Shown piece after piece: positions 12,801-25,705 of a stretch of 64,000 nt of DNA. The notes beneath the pieces are model-generated. The model searched no databases. It worked only from the letters and a program-made list of their open reading frames with translations, and was not told where the DNA came from. Both the position numbers and the translations under genes were made by a program. The stretch is from the NCBI GenBank assembly GCA_003693705.1, contig RBZT01000267.1:62001-126000 (forward strand), in the 5' to 3' direction. Within the stretch, counting starts at the first letter, position 1. The number at the start of each line of letters is the position of its first letter. Origin of the DNA: Polymyxa betae A26-41. Taxonomy: Eukaryota; Protista; Endomyxa: Phytomyxea.

Positions 12801-15800
12801 AAACAAGTTGATTACAGCGAACAATGCCCAAATCAGCTTGAAGTGAACCTTGGACAGTCAACTGTGGCACTGTGACAAACGCTGTCACCGGAATGGTCAA
12901 TGTTCCTCCATCTGATCTGAAAGCCAAAGAACCAGAGTAATTCTGAACCTGAAGACGATACTTAATGAAATTCTGCAATTCACCTTCGTACGGCCCACCT
13001 CATGAGATCGCAACCAAACTGTCACTTCTGAAGAACTATCCGGAGCAATCTCACCCATTTCAGGCGTTGTCCAAAGGGTATCACTTCGCCTGCATTTCCA
13101 ATGGCAAACAGAATCGCCCTAATTCAATGTCAGATAATTGAATAAGAAACATATAGCATACAGCATTAAGAAGTTGAATTTCCTTCTTGAACGGAACATG
13201 AACAAGCACGACGGGAAACTTTAGCTTTTTTGTCTTAGAGAGAAGCTTGGCAACTCCAACTTTACCCGCCAGTTGCATAACGATTTCTTTGTTACCGGAT
13301 CCTGGCGTTGGTTCCCAGGCCAGTGTTAATGAGCCTTGCATTAATACAAACTCGTTTGAGAGGAAGGTTAAAGTCAACGACTGTGTCGACTCTGGCTCTA
13401 TCATGAAGGAGAATTCACGAACACGATTCCGATTCGAATCAATCAAACCGAAAGGCCCAGAATGCTGGCAGTATGCTCGAACACGACCAGAAAGTAAACC
13501 GCGATTTTGAATGGTTATCTATTGAAATAGAAATGCTCTGAATTTGTATTCGAAACGACCAAGTTCAATCCTTACTTGTTCAAGAACCTCAACACCTCCT
13601 GTTGCTCGCATTAGAGGGCAAGATCCAACGAATCTGAGACGAACGTCTCCGCCAATGCCTTTTAATTGGACTGATTCATCACCGAAATTGTGACGCAACA
13701 ATACAAATCCAGTGTTAACGGTATCGGTGTTCAGGGGAGTAAAGGTTACAGGAATCGAAAGTTCGGCTCCGGGGGCTATATTCCAGTTTCCTAATTTCAC
13801 ATAAAACATCTTATTCGAGACCTGTAAAGTAATCAGGGCTGATCATTAAATATCCGGAATATTGCCCTTCACCTGAACAGTACTAATTGATTGCTCTGTA
13901 AAGCTTGCGTTAATTAGCGTTAGCATTTTGACGTTGGCAGGAGAAGAGTTCGTGGTTGACTGGATAGAAGTGGTTCGTCTGGATTCCAATGAATTTGTAG
14001 ATTGTTGATGTAACGTTTTTCCGACGGGAACGACACCAAAATCCAACGCTGACGTCGTTATCAAAACTTTACCCAAACCACGACCACGTAAACTCAATTC
14101 GATTTTTCTGTTGAGAATTCAGTCAGTTTACGACCTGATGCAATGAAGCGCTACCTGGGGGGAGTTTCAGGCCAGCATTGGGCTAGCACTTGAACCGGAT
14201 TAATGCTGTCTACATCGACAACTGCTGATACGAAATGCACAGAAAGCGAGCTGGTCGACGTGTATCGAGGCCGAGCCTATGTTGTGTTCACAGGTTATAG
14301 AAGTGGGAAAAACTTTGCCAAAACCTGAATGTATTCGATAGGAATTTGGGTTGTATGAGTTCCCTGTCGACTAGCGAGAAACCTTATTCTGAAAAGCAAA
14401 GCATGAAGAGGAGGAATGATTATGGGGCTATCTGGATTGAACGTGCTGCGAGCGTCATCAATAGATCGATCTTGCTGCTGGGTTGTTGCGTTTTCGTTTT
14501 CTCGAAGTAAGGACAATAATCGAGCTGCATCTTGAAACCGTCTCCGTAAAACAAAGACCTGATTACGGATGGTTTTTGAAGCAGGAATGGAATGCGTTCT
14601 GCGAACAACTCCAGAAGCCTAGATGTTTTAAGGTCGCTATTCGCTGACAGCACACAAACAGACCTTGACGATGAAGTACGGATGCTTGCTCATTTGGGTC
14701 TGGTCAACATTGAAAATTTGAGCGGGTAACGTCCCGACATTAGTTAGCAATACATATTTTGTCGTAATCGTTCCCCTTTCTTGCACGCCAAAGTCTATTA
14801 GATCAGTCTTCATATTCATCATCGACAGATTCAGAGTTCCAGCCTGTGCACGAGCTGCAATCTGTTTCGAGTGTTAACCTAGCCGACATAAGCCCAACCA
14901 GCAAAAGCGACCTGGATCAAATTGTTGCTTGATTTAACGTAGAAGAAATGCGAATGAGAGCCGTTTTTTACTGGGCGGTACATCAGCAAAGCAATTCCAC
15001 TTGTATGTTTGGGGATTAGTATCTATTTGAGTTATCAACAGGGTCTTTTCCAATAAGCGAAAAACTTTACCGTCTGATTGTGAGAAGTAAACGGTAGCTG
15101 TGAGTTAATATAAACGCATTGATCGATTGAGCTGTTGTTAACGAATGGAAGTTTCACTAAGGCTTGAAAGCCAGTAGGAACACTGCCTACATGATTACAG
15201 TAAACATGTGGAGACGAGCGCAATCCGACAACATACCGAAATCAATGGAGTTAACGGGTATGGATTCTAGAGGAAGTATTGAAGTTGCGGTCAAATTCAG
15301 AGTTATCACAAATTGCTGTGCTGTTTTGACATGCACCACAGTGATCTCAAGTAAGGATTCTTCGTCGCCTTGATTCTCAGACAAATGCGACAGTGTTATA
15401 ACCGAGGCCTGATAGCCAGGTAGCTCTGCCATTTTTCCAGCTTCGATCGCAAAAGATTTTGTCACTAACCATCGAATGTCAGTAATGCTCTTTGCTGTCT
15501 GCAAACAGCACTCACGTTGCTTAAAGGAAGCCGTATACTGATATGCTTGAGGACAGCTATTCATAACTATGACCCGGCGAGTTCGGGGAGACGAGATAAA
15601 AGAACTTCCAAAGAGCAGCGTCCTCGACGGAGTCACCGAAACCGATATCGCAGGATAAACTTCTACAGGCACTGCTGCCATTGATCCACTGTCGTTGTCA
15701 ATAAGGCAGACGAACCCAAGGAAGACATAATTCGATAACGGCACATTAATATCAAGCTGTAAAAGGCTGCTTGTGGAAAACTTGGCTTTGATACCTAACA

Positions 15801-18800
15801 ACAATATATAAGGCTATAATCATCTAAAGACATCAATCGACCATTAACAGCGAGAATCGTGAGATTTGCTGAATTTAAGATGCCATGTTGAGCTTTAACT
15901 GCAGCGGATGTAACGGCCCTCATTCGGTCCCCTGATATTGTAGCTACAACTTCAAGTCGACTTGGCTCGATAACTAACGAGCTGAATTGCTTAGAAGAGG
16001 CCGATGCTTGCGATGAAGCATGTTCTATCGTCAAGGTGGACAAATTCTGCCCTGGCTGCGAAATGCAATGGTTTGCTTCAAGCCAACATTGTAACAGTTC
16101 AATACGTTCTGAATCGAGGCCGCCTGGATCGATTCCGATTCCTACTAAGCGGACAATACTACCATCAACACCAGCATCCGACATCTCGATATTCCCATCA
16201 TCAGCAATCTTAAACAGCCGTTTGAGTATCGATGCAAATTAGATTACTGCATAATTACCTGGACTTGAATCTGGAGTCGGCAAGTCATGGCCCCAACAAG
16301 ATTTGCTACAAACCCAACGGTCACTGGGCGACTTTCAAACGCTTCTATAGACTGATTAAAAGTATCGCGTTTCGCTGCTTCCAGAGAATCTTCTACTCGG
16401 GAACCAATGAAAAAGAATCCTGCATCATCGTCCATCTCGGCAAATTCAAATCTCCTGAACACGTACAGTGAATATGGGAAAAAATCTAAGAATACGGCTT
16501 TCATACCATCTTACTCGATACGAAGAAAGGTTTCGCACGGTTATGGTTAAAGTACTTATCTCACCAACAGCCGATGGACGAAAGAAAGAAAATGGTGAAA
16601 GCGCCACTTCTAAAGGACAGCCAATAAATGCAGAAACCGCTATATGCGAATTGCAACAATCAGGCCATGATATATTCTGCAGTCATCAAAGTCAGCAATG
16701 TAATAAAGATTGCTTGAAATAACATGCGACTCACCACATCCTCCGTTACAACACCAGTTAGTTCATTATCAGGAACGGAAGCAGCTATCATGATAGCGAC
16801 ATTGTTATTGCCAGCAACTTCATGCCACTTGGCAGTACAGGTGAACAGTCGACTGGATAGAAAGTCTGCAAATATCATAGACTCTGCCATCTGTGAAACA
16901 TATATACTCAATTCAAATAGTTCAGCGCCAGCGATCGATCTACCATTCGATTTTTAATGGCGAAAGATTTCTCGTAAGTTAAGCCTCTTTGCAGTATCCC
17001 AAAATCAACTCGAAGCATCTCTGCGCCAGTTTTTGTCAACTCAACAAGAGTCGTTTTCGGCTTCGCTGATTTAACCACTTCTCTTCCATTAGGTGTCATC
17101 GACTCGCGCCCGTGTGTTGTCCTTTAAAATTTAGATGTATTTGCTTGGAAAATCTCGAAGGTTAAGCATACCTTCTACTGGTAGCATTTATGGGTCCGGA
17201 TCGTAGCAGTGGCTTTTCCTTTGGCTTAGCTTTCAAAGCACGGTTCTCTTTCAGCAACTGCTTCCTAAATGCATGGATTTCTTTGGGTGTAGCTGAAGAA
17301 AGCACTATTTCTTGAACCGGAGATGAACTGGTCGAGTTTTTCCCAACCTGAACTAGCTGCACCATAGATTCTGCTACATCCTCGTTAGCAGAATCAGGCA
17401 TCAAAGGAGAATCGGGCACCACAGGCATCTCGAAAACCATTTGAGATCCTCCATAAGATGCTAGTTCAAACAATTGTTCATCATGCTCATCAGAATGTAC
17501 AGAAAGTACTGCTTGCCGCCGTCCGTTTCCTTTCGGTGCAAACTCAACTTTGAAGCTTTCGTTAGACAGGGGTCCGATCATAATTTCATCATCCTAGTTC
17601 AGGATTAACCCTGAGCGTTTAGAGTGAACCGAAAACATACCTCAAGCGAAAATTCGCTTGACTGATGAATGGCAAGTTTACAGAAAATATCTTTAGAAGT
17701 TAAATTTTCCATTACGAGTTGAACGGTTCGAGAACGTCCAACTTCACACCATGCTCGAGATAGAGCTTGAATCTCAACTTGAACCCAGGGACCACAGAAT
17801 GCTGTCAATCGCGCTTTCCCGCATCTGGTTCCTTCTGGGTCCAGAATTTCTAAAAATCCGTTAACGTAAGAGGATTTGACTTCACAAAGCATTGGTGCGA
17901 ACGCGACCGTCACCGTTGTCGGTTGTCCAGGTACCAACCGACATTGATTTGGAGAACAACTGAATATTTCGTAGGGATTCGCGAAAATCATAACATCCAC
18001 ATAAGCAGGGACATCACTCGAAGCCGGTCGAGCAATAAGCTCCAGAGTAGTTGTTACACTTTGGGGCTTTGTTGTCGAGCAGAAAAACAGTTCGTTGGAA
18101 GAGAATGAGAACTGAAAAAGATCTACTACTGCCGAATGTGATATTTCACTGACCAGAGAAGGAACTCTCCCAAAATTTGCATCCCATTTAGGATATAAAT
18201 CTATTTGAATATCCCCCATCGTGCAAAGATTATCAATGCAAAGTTGCATGAAATTTATCATCCATGAAGCCGAATAAAACGGAATGCCTGATCTCAAGTC
18301 GAAATAAATCGGAAGAAATGTAAGTATCTGTATTACCTGCTACAGTAAATCCAGAAGGTCTTGGAATCAATGCAGTCGTGGAGCACACCAGTGGTATACC
18401 CAGAGCAGTATAGCCACAAAGGCGGGCGCGAGGAACATCGGGTTGGGGCTGACCATCAATTGCATAATAAGGCACACCAGATACTGTATAGGAAAATGGG
18501 ACAGGAAAATAGGTTAACACGCTATCGTAAACGGCGGTACCATCCTGAATGATTTTATAATCTGAGAATTACTCAAAAACAATTTACCTTATTATACTCG
18601 ACAGGAATTTGTGGAATGCTCACTGGAGGATAAAAGAATGGCCTCCCATCATTATCGACGCCTGCGGGGGTGACAGTTTTGGAGCAATTGAGATCACTTG
18701 AATCCAGAGACCAAACGGGAAACTCGCGAAGTATCTGAACTGTGATCTCTTTCCATAAGCCTGCTTTGTCACAAGCCCTAAATCGAATAATATCATCCTT

Positions 18801-20897
18801 AGCTAAAGCTGTTATAATTGGTAATGGAGGAGACGATTCCTCAAGATCAACGACATCGATAACTTTGCTCAGCCACATTCTAGGCTCAAAATTCACCGGC
18901 TCCGAAGTAGCATCAGGAGCTCCTTCAACCTGGAGTTAAACTATCAATAGTTGGCATCACTAAGTCTCAAGAAAAATACATTGTCTGGATAATACTGATC
19001 AATCTCAATTGACACAGTTGAATGAAGAGGAAAGTCATCTATCTGCAGACGAGAAGACGAGTTAGCCTTCGCAACAATTGCACTGAAGCTAGGTATCGTT
19101 TGGGGACTATCTTCAGCTCTACTATCTAAATTGGGGGTCCATTCTGGAGCAATTGATCCTTTGATAATCTGAACATAGCGAAAACCATATGGGGCATCAG
19201 ATTTAGAAGAGCCTGGAACAATATCTGTCATTCCGACCGGGATGGAATCCTGAGAAGAGAAGCGGTAAAAGAGCTGAGGAGCAAATTAATCGAGACAAAA
19301 ACCAACCGTCTCATGATTGAGAGTCCTGCTGAAAAGCGGTGGCAGACCCTGCTCAATATGTCGGTTGGGACGAACGAGATCCAGGAAATCTTCAAAAGGT
19401 TGGCTGGTCTCAATGCAGATGGGGATAGTGGTGCAATGGTCAGGGACTTCACTAAGCAAATAATGTTACAATCTGATTGACATGGCGTCCCAGGTACCAT
19501 ACGGGAGCTGAGGAATTCGCCGCCCAATCGTTAAGGTGGCCTTGACAGAGGACTCCACAAAGAAAGCAAATTCAATCTCTTTGGTGTTGTGCATGTCGAC
19601 CTTGGATGCTTTGAAGACAGAGTTGGTTGGGTCCGTTCGGTATAGACGAGCATATGTCTGTGGGATCCGTAACAGATCTCGAATTAGGTGATTACGGTGG
19701 TTTCGGTTCTCCAGAGCGCGGCGAAGAGACGTTTTGAAAGGTTCTCTAATCAGATCGACGCCAACGTTGCGTTTCCGCTTGCCAGGAGCTTGGTTCAGGC
19801 TTGATATCAGTTGTAAGACTGATTTTAATTTCGACTTTGCTGAGAGCGGCTGCTTTTTAACTGACAAGAATCGTCCGAGAAACTGAACAGCAGCTGACTG
19901 AATAACAGCATTTGGCGATTTTGAGAGCTCGGTGACTCTTTCCATAAACATTGGCGCGATCTTAGAACCGAATACTGCTGCTAATGAGCGAATCAAAACC
20001 TGAAGGCTGGACAGTTGAATTTCAGCTGATTCCGAATGAAGCCCATCATAGATCAACGCTGCACAGACGTCGATTTTCGCAATAATTGAGTCGCAGCGAG
20101 AATCAAGCAAATATCCAAGACTTAAAATGAGACGAGAATAAAGCTGATCATCTGCATCGACGAGGCCAATACAGGATTGCAAACGATTAAAAATTATGTC
20201 ACAAAGCAAACCGACATCCTGGTTATCTTTCATCTTGACAATGATCATATTCAGAAGATCGGCTGCTCGAAGACGATTCCATCGCAGTGGACTGCTGACG
20301 ATATTTGCGACTAGGTCATCCAAAAACGCTTGTATATCGATTGGGGTGCTGCGGATTATTATTGAGCTGAGTAAAGTCGAAGAGCCTAATAAAACTTAGG
20401 TGATGAACGAAACTGACAACCACAAGAACAGACTGCAAATCAGGTAAAGAAACCAGGTCTGAATAATGGGCTCAGGGTGTCGAAACGCTCCAGCTATGAC
20501 GTCATGAAAAGCGTTGACAATGTTCAAATTAGACGCTGTAAAGTCCAGACTGGATTCACTCTGATGAAAGAGCGTTCTTAGATCTCTTATCAGAAATCCA
20601 ATCTAAGAACGATACATCAATGTCGAGGCACTTCTCGTCCTTTTGCATTACGTTGTCAGGTATGGCGACTAGTTTAAACGCTGCCTCTAGATATTGCAAA
20701 AGAAGATGAAGGATGCGGCATGATTCCGATACGGACTCGTTTGTAGAAGTTCTGTTCGACTAATGCTAATCAGTCATTTAGAGCTAGTATGAGATGAAGA
20801 TTACTGCTTTGTAGGTGTCGGGAATATATTGACGTCTCCGTTCGGCTAAAATATTCTCACGATCAAGGTCCGACTCCTGGATTTCCCATGGATCCAT
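6896..20897 (-). CDS. Giant multi-exon protein: N-terminal HEAT/ARM-like helical region followed by ~20 ASH (ASPM-SPD2-Hydin)/PapD-like Ig domains; likely axonemal/basal-body
   Basis: Contiguous minus-strand exons separated only by ~50-nt introns, from ATG 20897 (MDPWEIQE) to the stop at 6896. Repeated (L/I/V)xFG..G....(L/I)xN.G motifs: LDFGVVPVG, IDFGVQERG..LTNVG, VNFGDAPIN..ISNTG, LEFGNILI..INTG, IDLGCINLG, VDFGILQRG. Confidence 0.75.
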
Positions 20898-21409
20898 TGT
20901 TCATGCCCCTACCGCCAGTATCTCCAGAGAAAATACATGCCAGAAGTGAATCAAACGTAGGTGCTTCGTCACAGAAAATCAAACGGCAACATGAACATGA
21001 AATGTGAGAAAGCAGGGAGACTTCAGAGTAAATAAACAATTGAACGGAAGATGGAATTTGCTGTCAATGGCGATGCGTTCGGGTCGCGTGTCTTAGCTTG
21101 CATACGAATCCATGAATAAACGCTCATCTAGCACAAGCTCGATCGTGCTGCCTCTATCACTAAACGATAGAAGATCGACAGGCCATAAGCGCTTAAGCAT
21201 CTCTGTCAAACCCGAGCATGAGTCTTTGGCTGCAAAGGGACTTCCACTTGTAAGTGAATGCAAGCAATGAGCGCATACTGTTACAAACAATCATACGAAA
21301 AAGGACTTCGTCCATGTAAAGGAGAATTCCTTGGAGAATATCATCAATCAAACTAAAGGCCATTACGTTCCAAGGTAGACATCTTGTTTCGTTTAGCCCG
21401 GTCAACGGC

Positions 21410-22630
21410 ATGAATATTTCCAGGTTCTCGGTTCGAATGGTTTTGTTGGGCGATTCCAACGTCGGCAAGACAACCATGATATCGACATTGATGCAGGATT
21501 CGCCAGGATTCTTCTATCGACGTACAACTGGGGCAGATTTCTTTCGGTATATTATCCCGTCATTGTCGATCGATATCGTCAGTGGATTTGTCGGAATTGC
21601 CTGATTTCAGAAATCTAATACTTTTGGCAGAAAATGATCGACATGTCGGGTCATAGAGCCTTCCATTCCAAGCTGTGTCCAGATATTCTTTCGAAAAGTC
21701 CAGATATCGTCTGTATGGTTTACAGCAATGCAGATAAAACGTCAGTAATCAGTCATGACATCACCAAAACGTTTGACAAACAATCGCAAAGAACTTTAGA
21801 TTCTCTAACGTCGTACTGGGCAAAGCGGCTGGCTGAGAACAGTCTGAATGAAGGATGTCGGGTCGTTCTCATCGCAAATAATCAACCAGATTGCATCGGC
21901 CGGCAAATCAATGAAGCCCTTGCCAAGGCGGCAATATCGAAGCTAGCGAAGATTCTCGGAAAGAAACAGGTCTTGAAAAGGTTCTGTTATGCGATGCTTA
22001 TCAACCAACTGTTTGAAACAGATAGATTTCTTCGAGATCAACGCAGGTGATCAAGCTAACGTTATGGATTTTTTCGAAACCTTGGCAGAAAAGGCAGCTT
22101 ATCGTATCCTTAGCCAACTGTTAAAACAGTTAAGGAAGAATGCAGCAAACTTGATTCAAACGAAGCTTATTTTGAGAAAATCCGGCTTCAGCGAAGATTT
22201 CGCATCCAAATATCGATCAGGTTTGCAATGCTGATTGCCGTAAAAATCCCCTTTGATTAATCATGTTCAACCAGAGCCATTATGCACCCTAGTAAAAGAC
22301 CAGACCGATAACAATGAATTCGAACCAAATGAGGTTGCCACCGATCACGAGGATGATGAGATGACATCAGAATCTACAAAATGGCTTGAGCTTCATGGTA
22401 GACAGATTCTCATTTTCTCGTCCGTAAAACAGGCAAGACACGGTGCCGCTCCAATTAGGAAAATCCTCCTGGACGATACTCGATGCGAAGTCCAACTAAT
22501 CTCTGATCTTGTTCTCAACATCAGAGACGATATCACTAACAATCTGTTTGTACTGAGCAGTAAAGAGGTTGCAAAGCATTGGTATTCTGTCGTACAAGAA
22601 ATATTGCTAGATGTCGCATCAAGTGGATAA
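21410..22630 (+). CDS. Atypical Rab-like small GTPase fused to a C-terminal PH-like domain (possible extra 5' exons from ATG 21112)
   Basis: G1 GDSNVGKT, G2 TTGADF, G3 DMSGH, degenerate G4 IANNQ, G5-like EINA. C-terminal 'KWLELHGRQILIFSS...KILLD...EVAKHWYSVVQ' is PH-like. Confidence 0.75.
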
Positions 22631-22706
22631 CTCTCAAACGAATAACGAAGAGGATTGAAGATAAATATATATAAAAATGTTCAACGAGCAACAATATCAC
22701 CGTTTG

Positions 22707-23869
22707 TCAATCATATCTCCACCTTTCTGTTTTCAAATCCAACCATTCGATTTCGTTATCATCATAGCCTAATCATAATTAATGCAGGTTCGAAAACCTG
22801 ATTGTGGACGACTGACGTATATGATGTTTCTTATCACGAGCTCTAAATGCAGTCACGGTTCCTTTATACCAGCATTTATCCAATGGCCCTGGATTCAGAT
22901 TAGACCAAACAACAAACAATCACGCATGGTGTTGCAGCCCTACACCATATCTCGACGCGTTTCGAAATCGGTTCCTGTGGACTCGTAAACGAAGAGACCA
23001 AGGCCTTCTTCAGGGCCGGAACATATTCATCATCCGAAGTGGATCGAGACGTGACTTTGTCAGTTTTCAAGTCAAGACGAACTAGTCGTCCGCGTTTGTT
23101 GGTTTTGGACGATTTAGCACGCGTATTCTGTTCAGAATCGTTATCAACTTGCTTGTCATCGACACTGTGGGTTGGTTTGATGTCATTCTCTTCATTCGGA
23201 GTCGGTTTTGTTGTTGCACAAATGGTATCGGATTTCGCTGGCGAAGGCGCTACCGCCCCTGTGTGCTCTAAATTGTCTTGTAACTGGGTCACTGCATTAT
23301 CTGGTCGTTCGGAATAATTGCGCTCGAAAGTTTCTTGAGGACACGCAGGCGATTTAACGTCCAAGCGAGGTCGAATGGTCGCGTTCTCGATGGCCAAATG
23401 GATTTGAGGGACCATTTGGTGAATCACCGTCCAAAGTATGGAATGAACTGACATAACGAAATCAATTTGGTGAGTCGACTAGCAAATACAAAAGGGTTCC
23501 ATACTGTCGTTGGCAACCGAAGTCTTACGCACCGCCAGACGAAACGAGTTGAAAATTTGGGGCAGCCTAATACAGATCTGAAAAGGCGAAAGCAAAACAA
23601 CTGCAAATCTAGACCTAGCTTGGCGCATTTTCAAGGGAACATCCATTAAAAGCGGGCTGGAGCTGAGTTCGGTGAAAAGGCGTTGTTGAACGGCTTCAAA
23701 TTGCAGCTAAATTTCGGGATCACTAAGGCGACAGTAACAAGAAAGCCCAGCGAACCTGTATCGATGGAAGGGCGAAAATTTCAGCCCGGAGCTTGTCAAA
23801 CTCCCCGGAATCCTGGAGAACCTTCAAGACCTGGTATGGGTCCATAACAGAGCCGGACGAGGACGACAT
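22707..23869 (-). CDS. COMPASS Shg1/BOD1-like N-terminal domain plus C-terminal Tudor domain protein
   Basis: N-terminus 'VLKVLQDSGEFDKLRAEI'. Spliced C-terminus 'SKRVEIWWPLDKCWYKGTVTAFRARDKKHHIRYDDNEIEWLDLKTERW' matches the plant MSH6/PDS5-type Tudor consensus. Confidence 0.7.
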
Positions 23870-24363
23870 GTAATGAACTTCAAAGATTCAACGATAGACA
23901 GAGCGGTTCGGCTATCGATCACACCATGTCAATGCAACAGGTGTTCAAAAATGACGACATTTGATTAGTACAAAAGGGAACCTTTACGCAATTTCCCATC
24001 ATCCTTTGTGAAGAATTGCTGAATGAAAGCGATGCTTTCGGGTCTTCCTCTAAGGCAATTAGCACGAAGGATCCGGTTCTCAATCATACTCAGCTTGGAG
24101 ATGAATGATATACAAATTGACGACAATGCTTTCTCTTGAGTTAAGTCATTTGGCGACCCGAATGCAGTTCTTCGATGTAGAACAGCGTTTACGAACGATC
24201 AATGAAAAAGCTCTGGCCAGTTATTTAATAGAATTTCGCAGAACCTTTTGTCGATTTTTAAATCGCTGTTGAAGAGATCGGAGTTCGGTACTTGTGAGGC
24301 AGTCCAGGGCTGCAGCTCAGTATTATAGTGTCGCAGCTATTACCTGTATAACAACATCTGCAA

Positions 24364-25705
24364 ATGTCCAACCCGAATGGCACAGACCTATCGCCGAAAG
24401 CTCAGGAGGTCATGGACTACCTGGCCACCCATGAGCTTACCCAGCGCTTGAACGACATCGTCAACAATACGATTCGGGCCCGAGCTGACGATCCTTTCGC
24501 ATATATGGCCCAGCAATTCTTGGCCATCGCCCAGCCCCCCACGATCTCGCACGTCACCGTCTCTAACATTCTCGATCAGACGGGCTCGTTTCGCTCGCTG
24601 CAAGCTGACGTCTATTCGTGGCAGCCATCGTCGTTTGTTCATCTGGGCAGGGGAGTTTGGCCATCAGCCACTGAAGGCGACAACGTTGCTGAGCTCTGCA
24701 ATCTGATAACCAGTCAGCTAAAGCTGAAACCTTTGAAATCGGAATCTTTGAGTGAGCTGGATAAGACGCTATCCGATTTGAAGGAGCCGAATGCTTCTGT
24801 GGTGATCCCTGCGGTGTCTCTAGCGATATCTCGTGCGGTTGCTCATGCTACAAGACAGGATCTTTATTTATTCTTACACAAACGATCAAATCCTGAAAAA
24901 CTGCCAAACGCTGTTGTATCGCTTCCATTAGTCGATATTGTAAAGTCGAACAAACTGTCATTTGGATACTTTGGCGTGTTTCCATCATCGAGGGAGTTTC
25001 CGCTTCGTCAATTTTATCTAGCCGTTGGTGGAATTGGGAAACTGCTTCAGGCGAAGTTAAATGCCAAAGACAATGTCGACGTTGACAAAGCAGAAACGCT
25101 ACTCATCTTGCTAGATGAAGGAATCGAATCGAGCGCTGCCACACCCGGTGACCAGATATCTCTCTGGTTTGATGCAGCCGCAGGGTCAATGTTTAATGCT
25201 GAGACCGGCGAGTATAATATTGGTGGAGGTGCGACCGTCTCTCGCGAAGAACTTCTGGCTCAATATCAAACGATGGTGACACAGCATCGATCACTATCTT
25301 TGATTGTGGATCCATTCCATCGCTCCGACACACAAGGTATGTTACGATGCTTTTTTTAAAGTTATTTTCTGAAACGAAGTCTTTCTAGGATGGGAACGTT
25401 TCGCTCAGGTTATGGACAACAGTTGTTTTGCTGTAAGCTCCAGTGACGCTGTTAGTGGATCGTTGTCTTCCCTTTCGTTCACGAGCACCGTTTCCGATTA
25501 TTTAAGGGCAGCTAGTTCATTGAAAGACTCGCAGAAAGACTTTGTAGTTCAAGCGAACTCTTCACAAAACGACGATGCACTTGCAGATTTGGCTGTGGCT
25601 GTCTCTGCCAAATATTGCAGATTTGGATCAATGGCCCAAGGTTATAACAGCAATCTCTATAATCGTCTTATGCAAATCGAAGAATTAATAAAGTCCCAAA
25701 AATGA
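24364..25705 (+). CDS. ENO4: Enolase-4-like (ENO4/plant ENO3-type) protein with N-terminal RIIa/Dpy-30-like helical hairpin; probably catalytically inactive
   Basis: 'DYLATHELTQRLNDIVNNTIRARADDPFAYMAQQF..AQPPTI..NILD', 'DAAAGSMFN', 'IVDPF..D..GW' and C-terminal 'YNRLMQIEE'. One intron near 25337-25389. Confidence 0.75.

Noticed and set aside
7800-20400. Numerous plus-strand ORFs of 60-100 aa
   Set aside because: Antisense shadows of the giant minus-strand gene with no independent motifs.
6896-20897. Calling the giant gene HYDIN or CFAP47
   Set aside because: Only the generic ASH repeat is shared, and diagnostic family features were not seen. Left unnamed.
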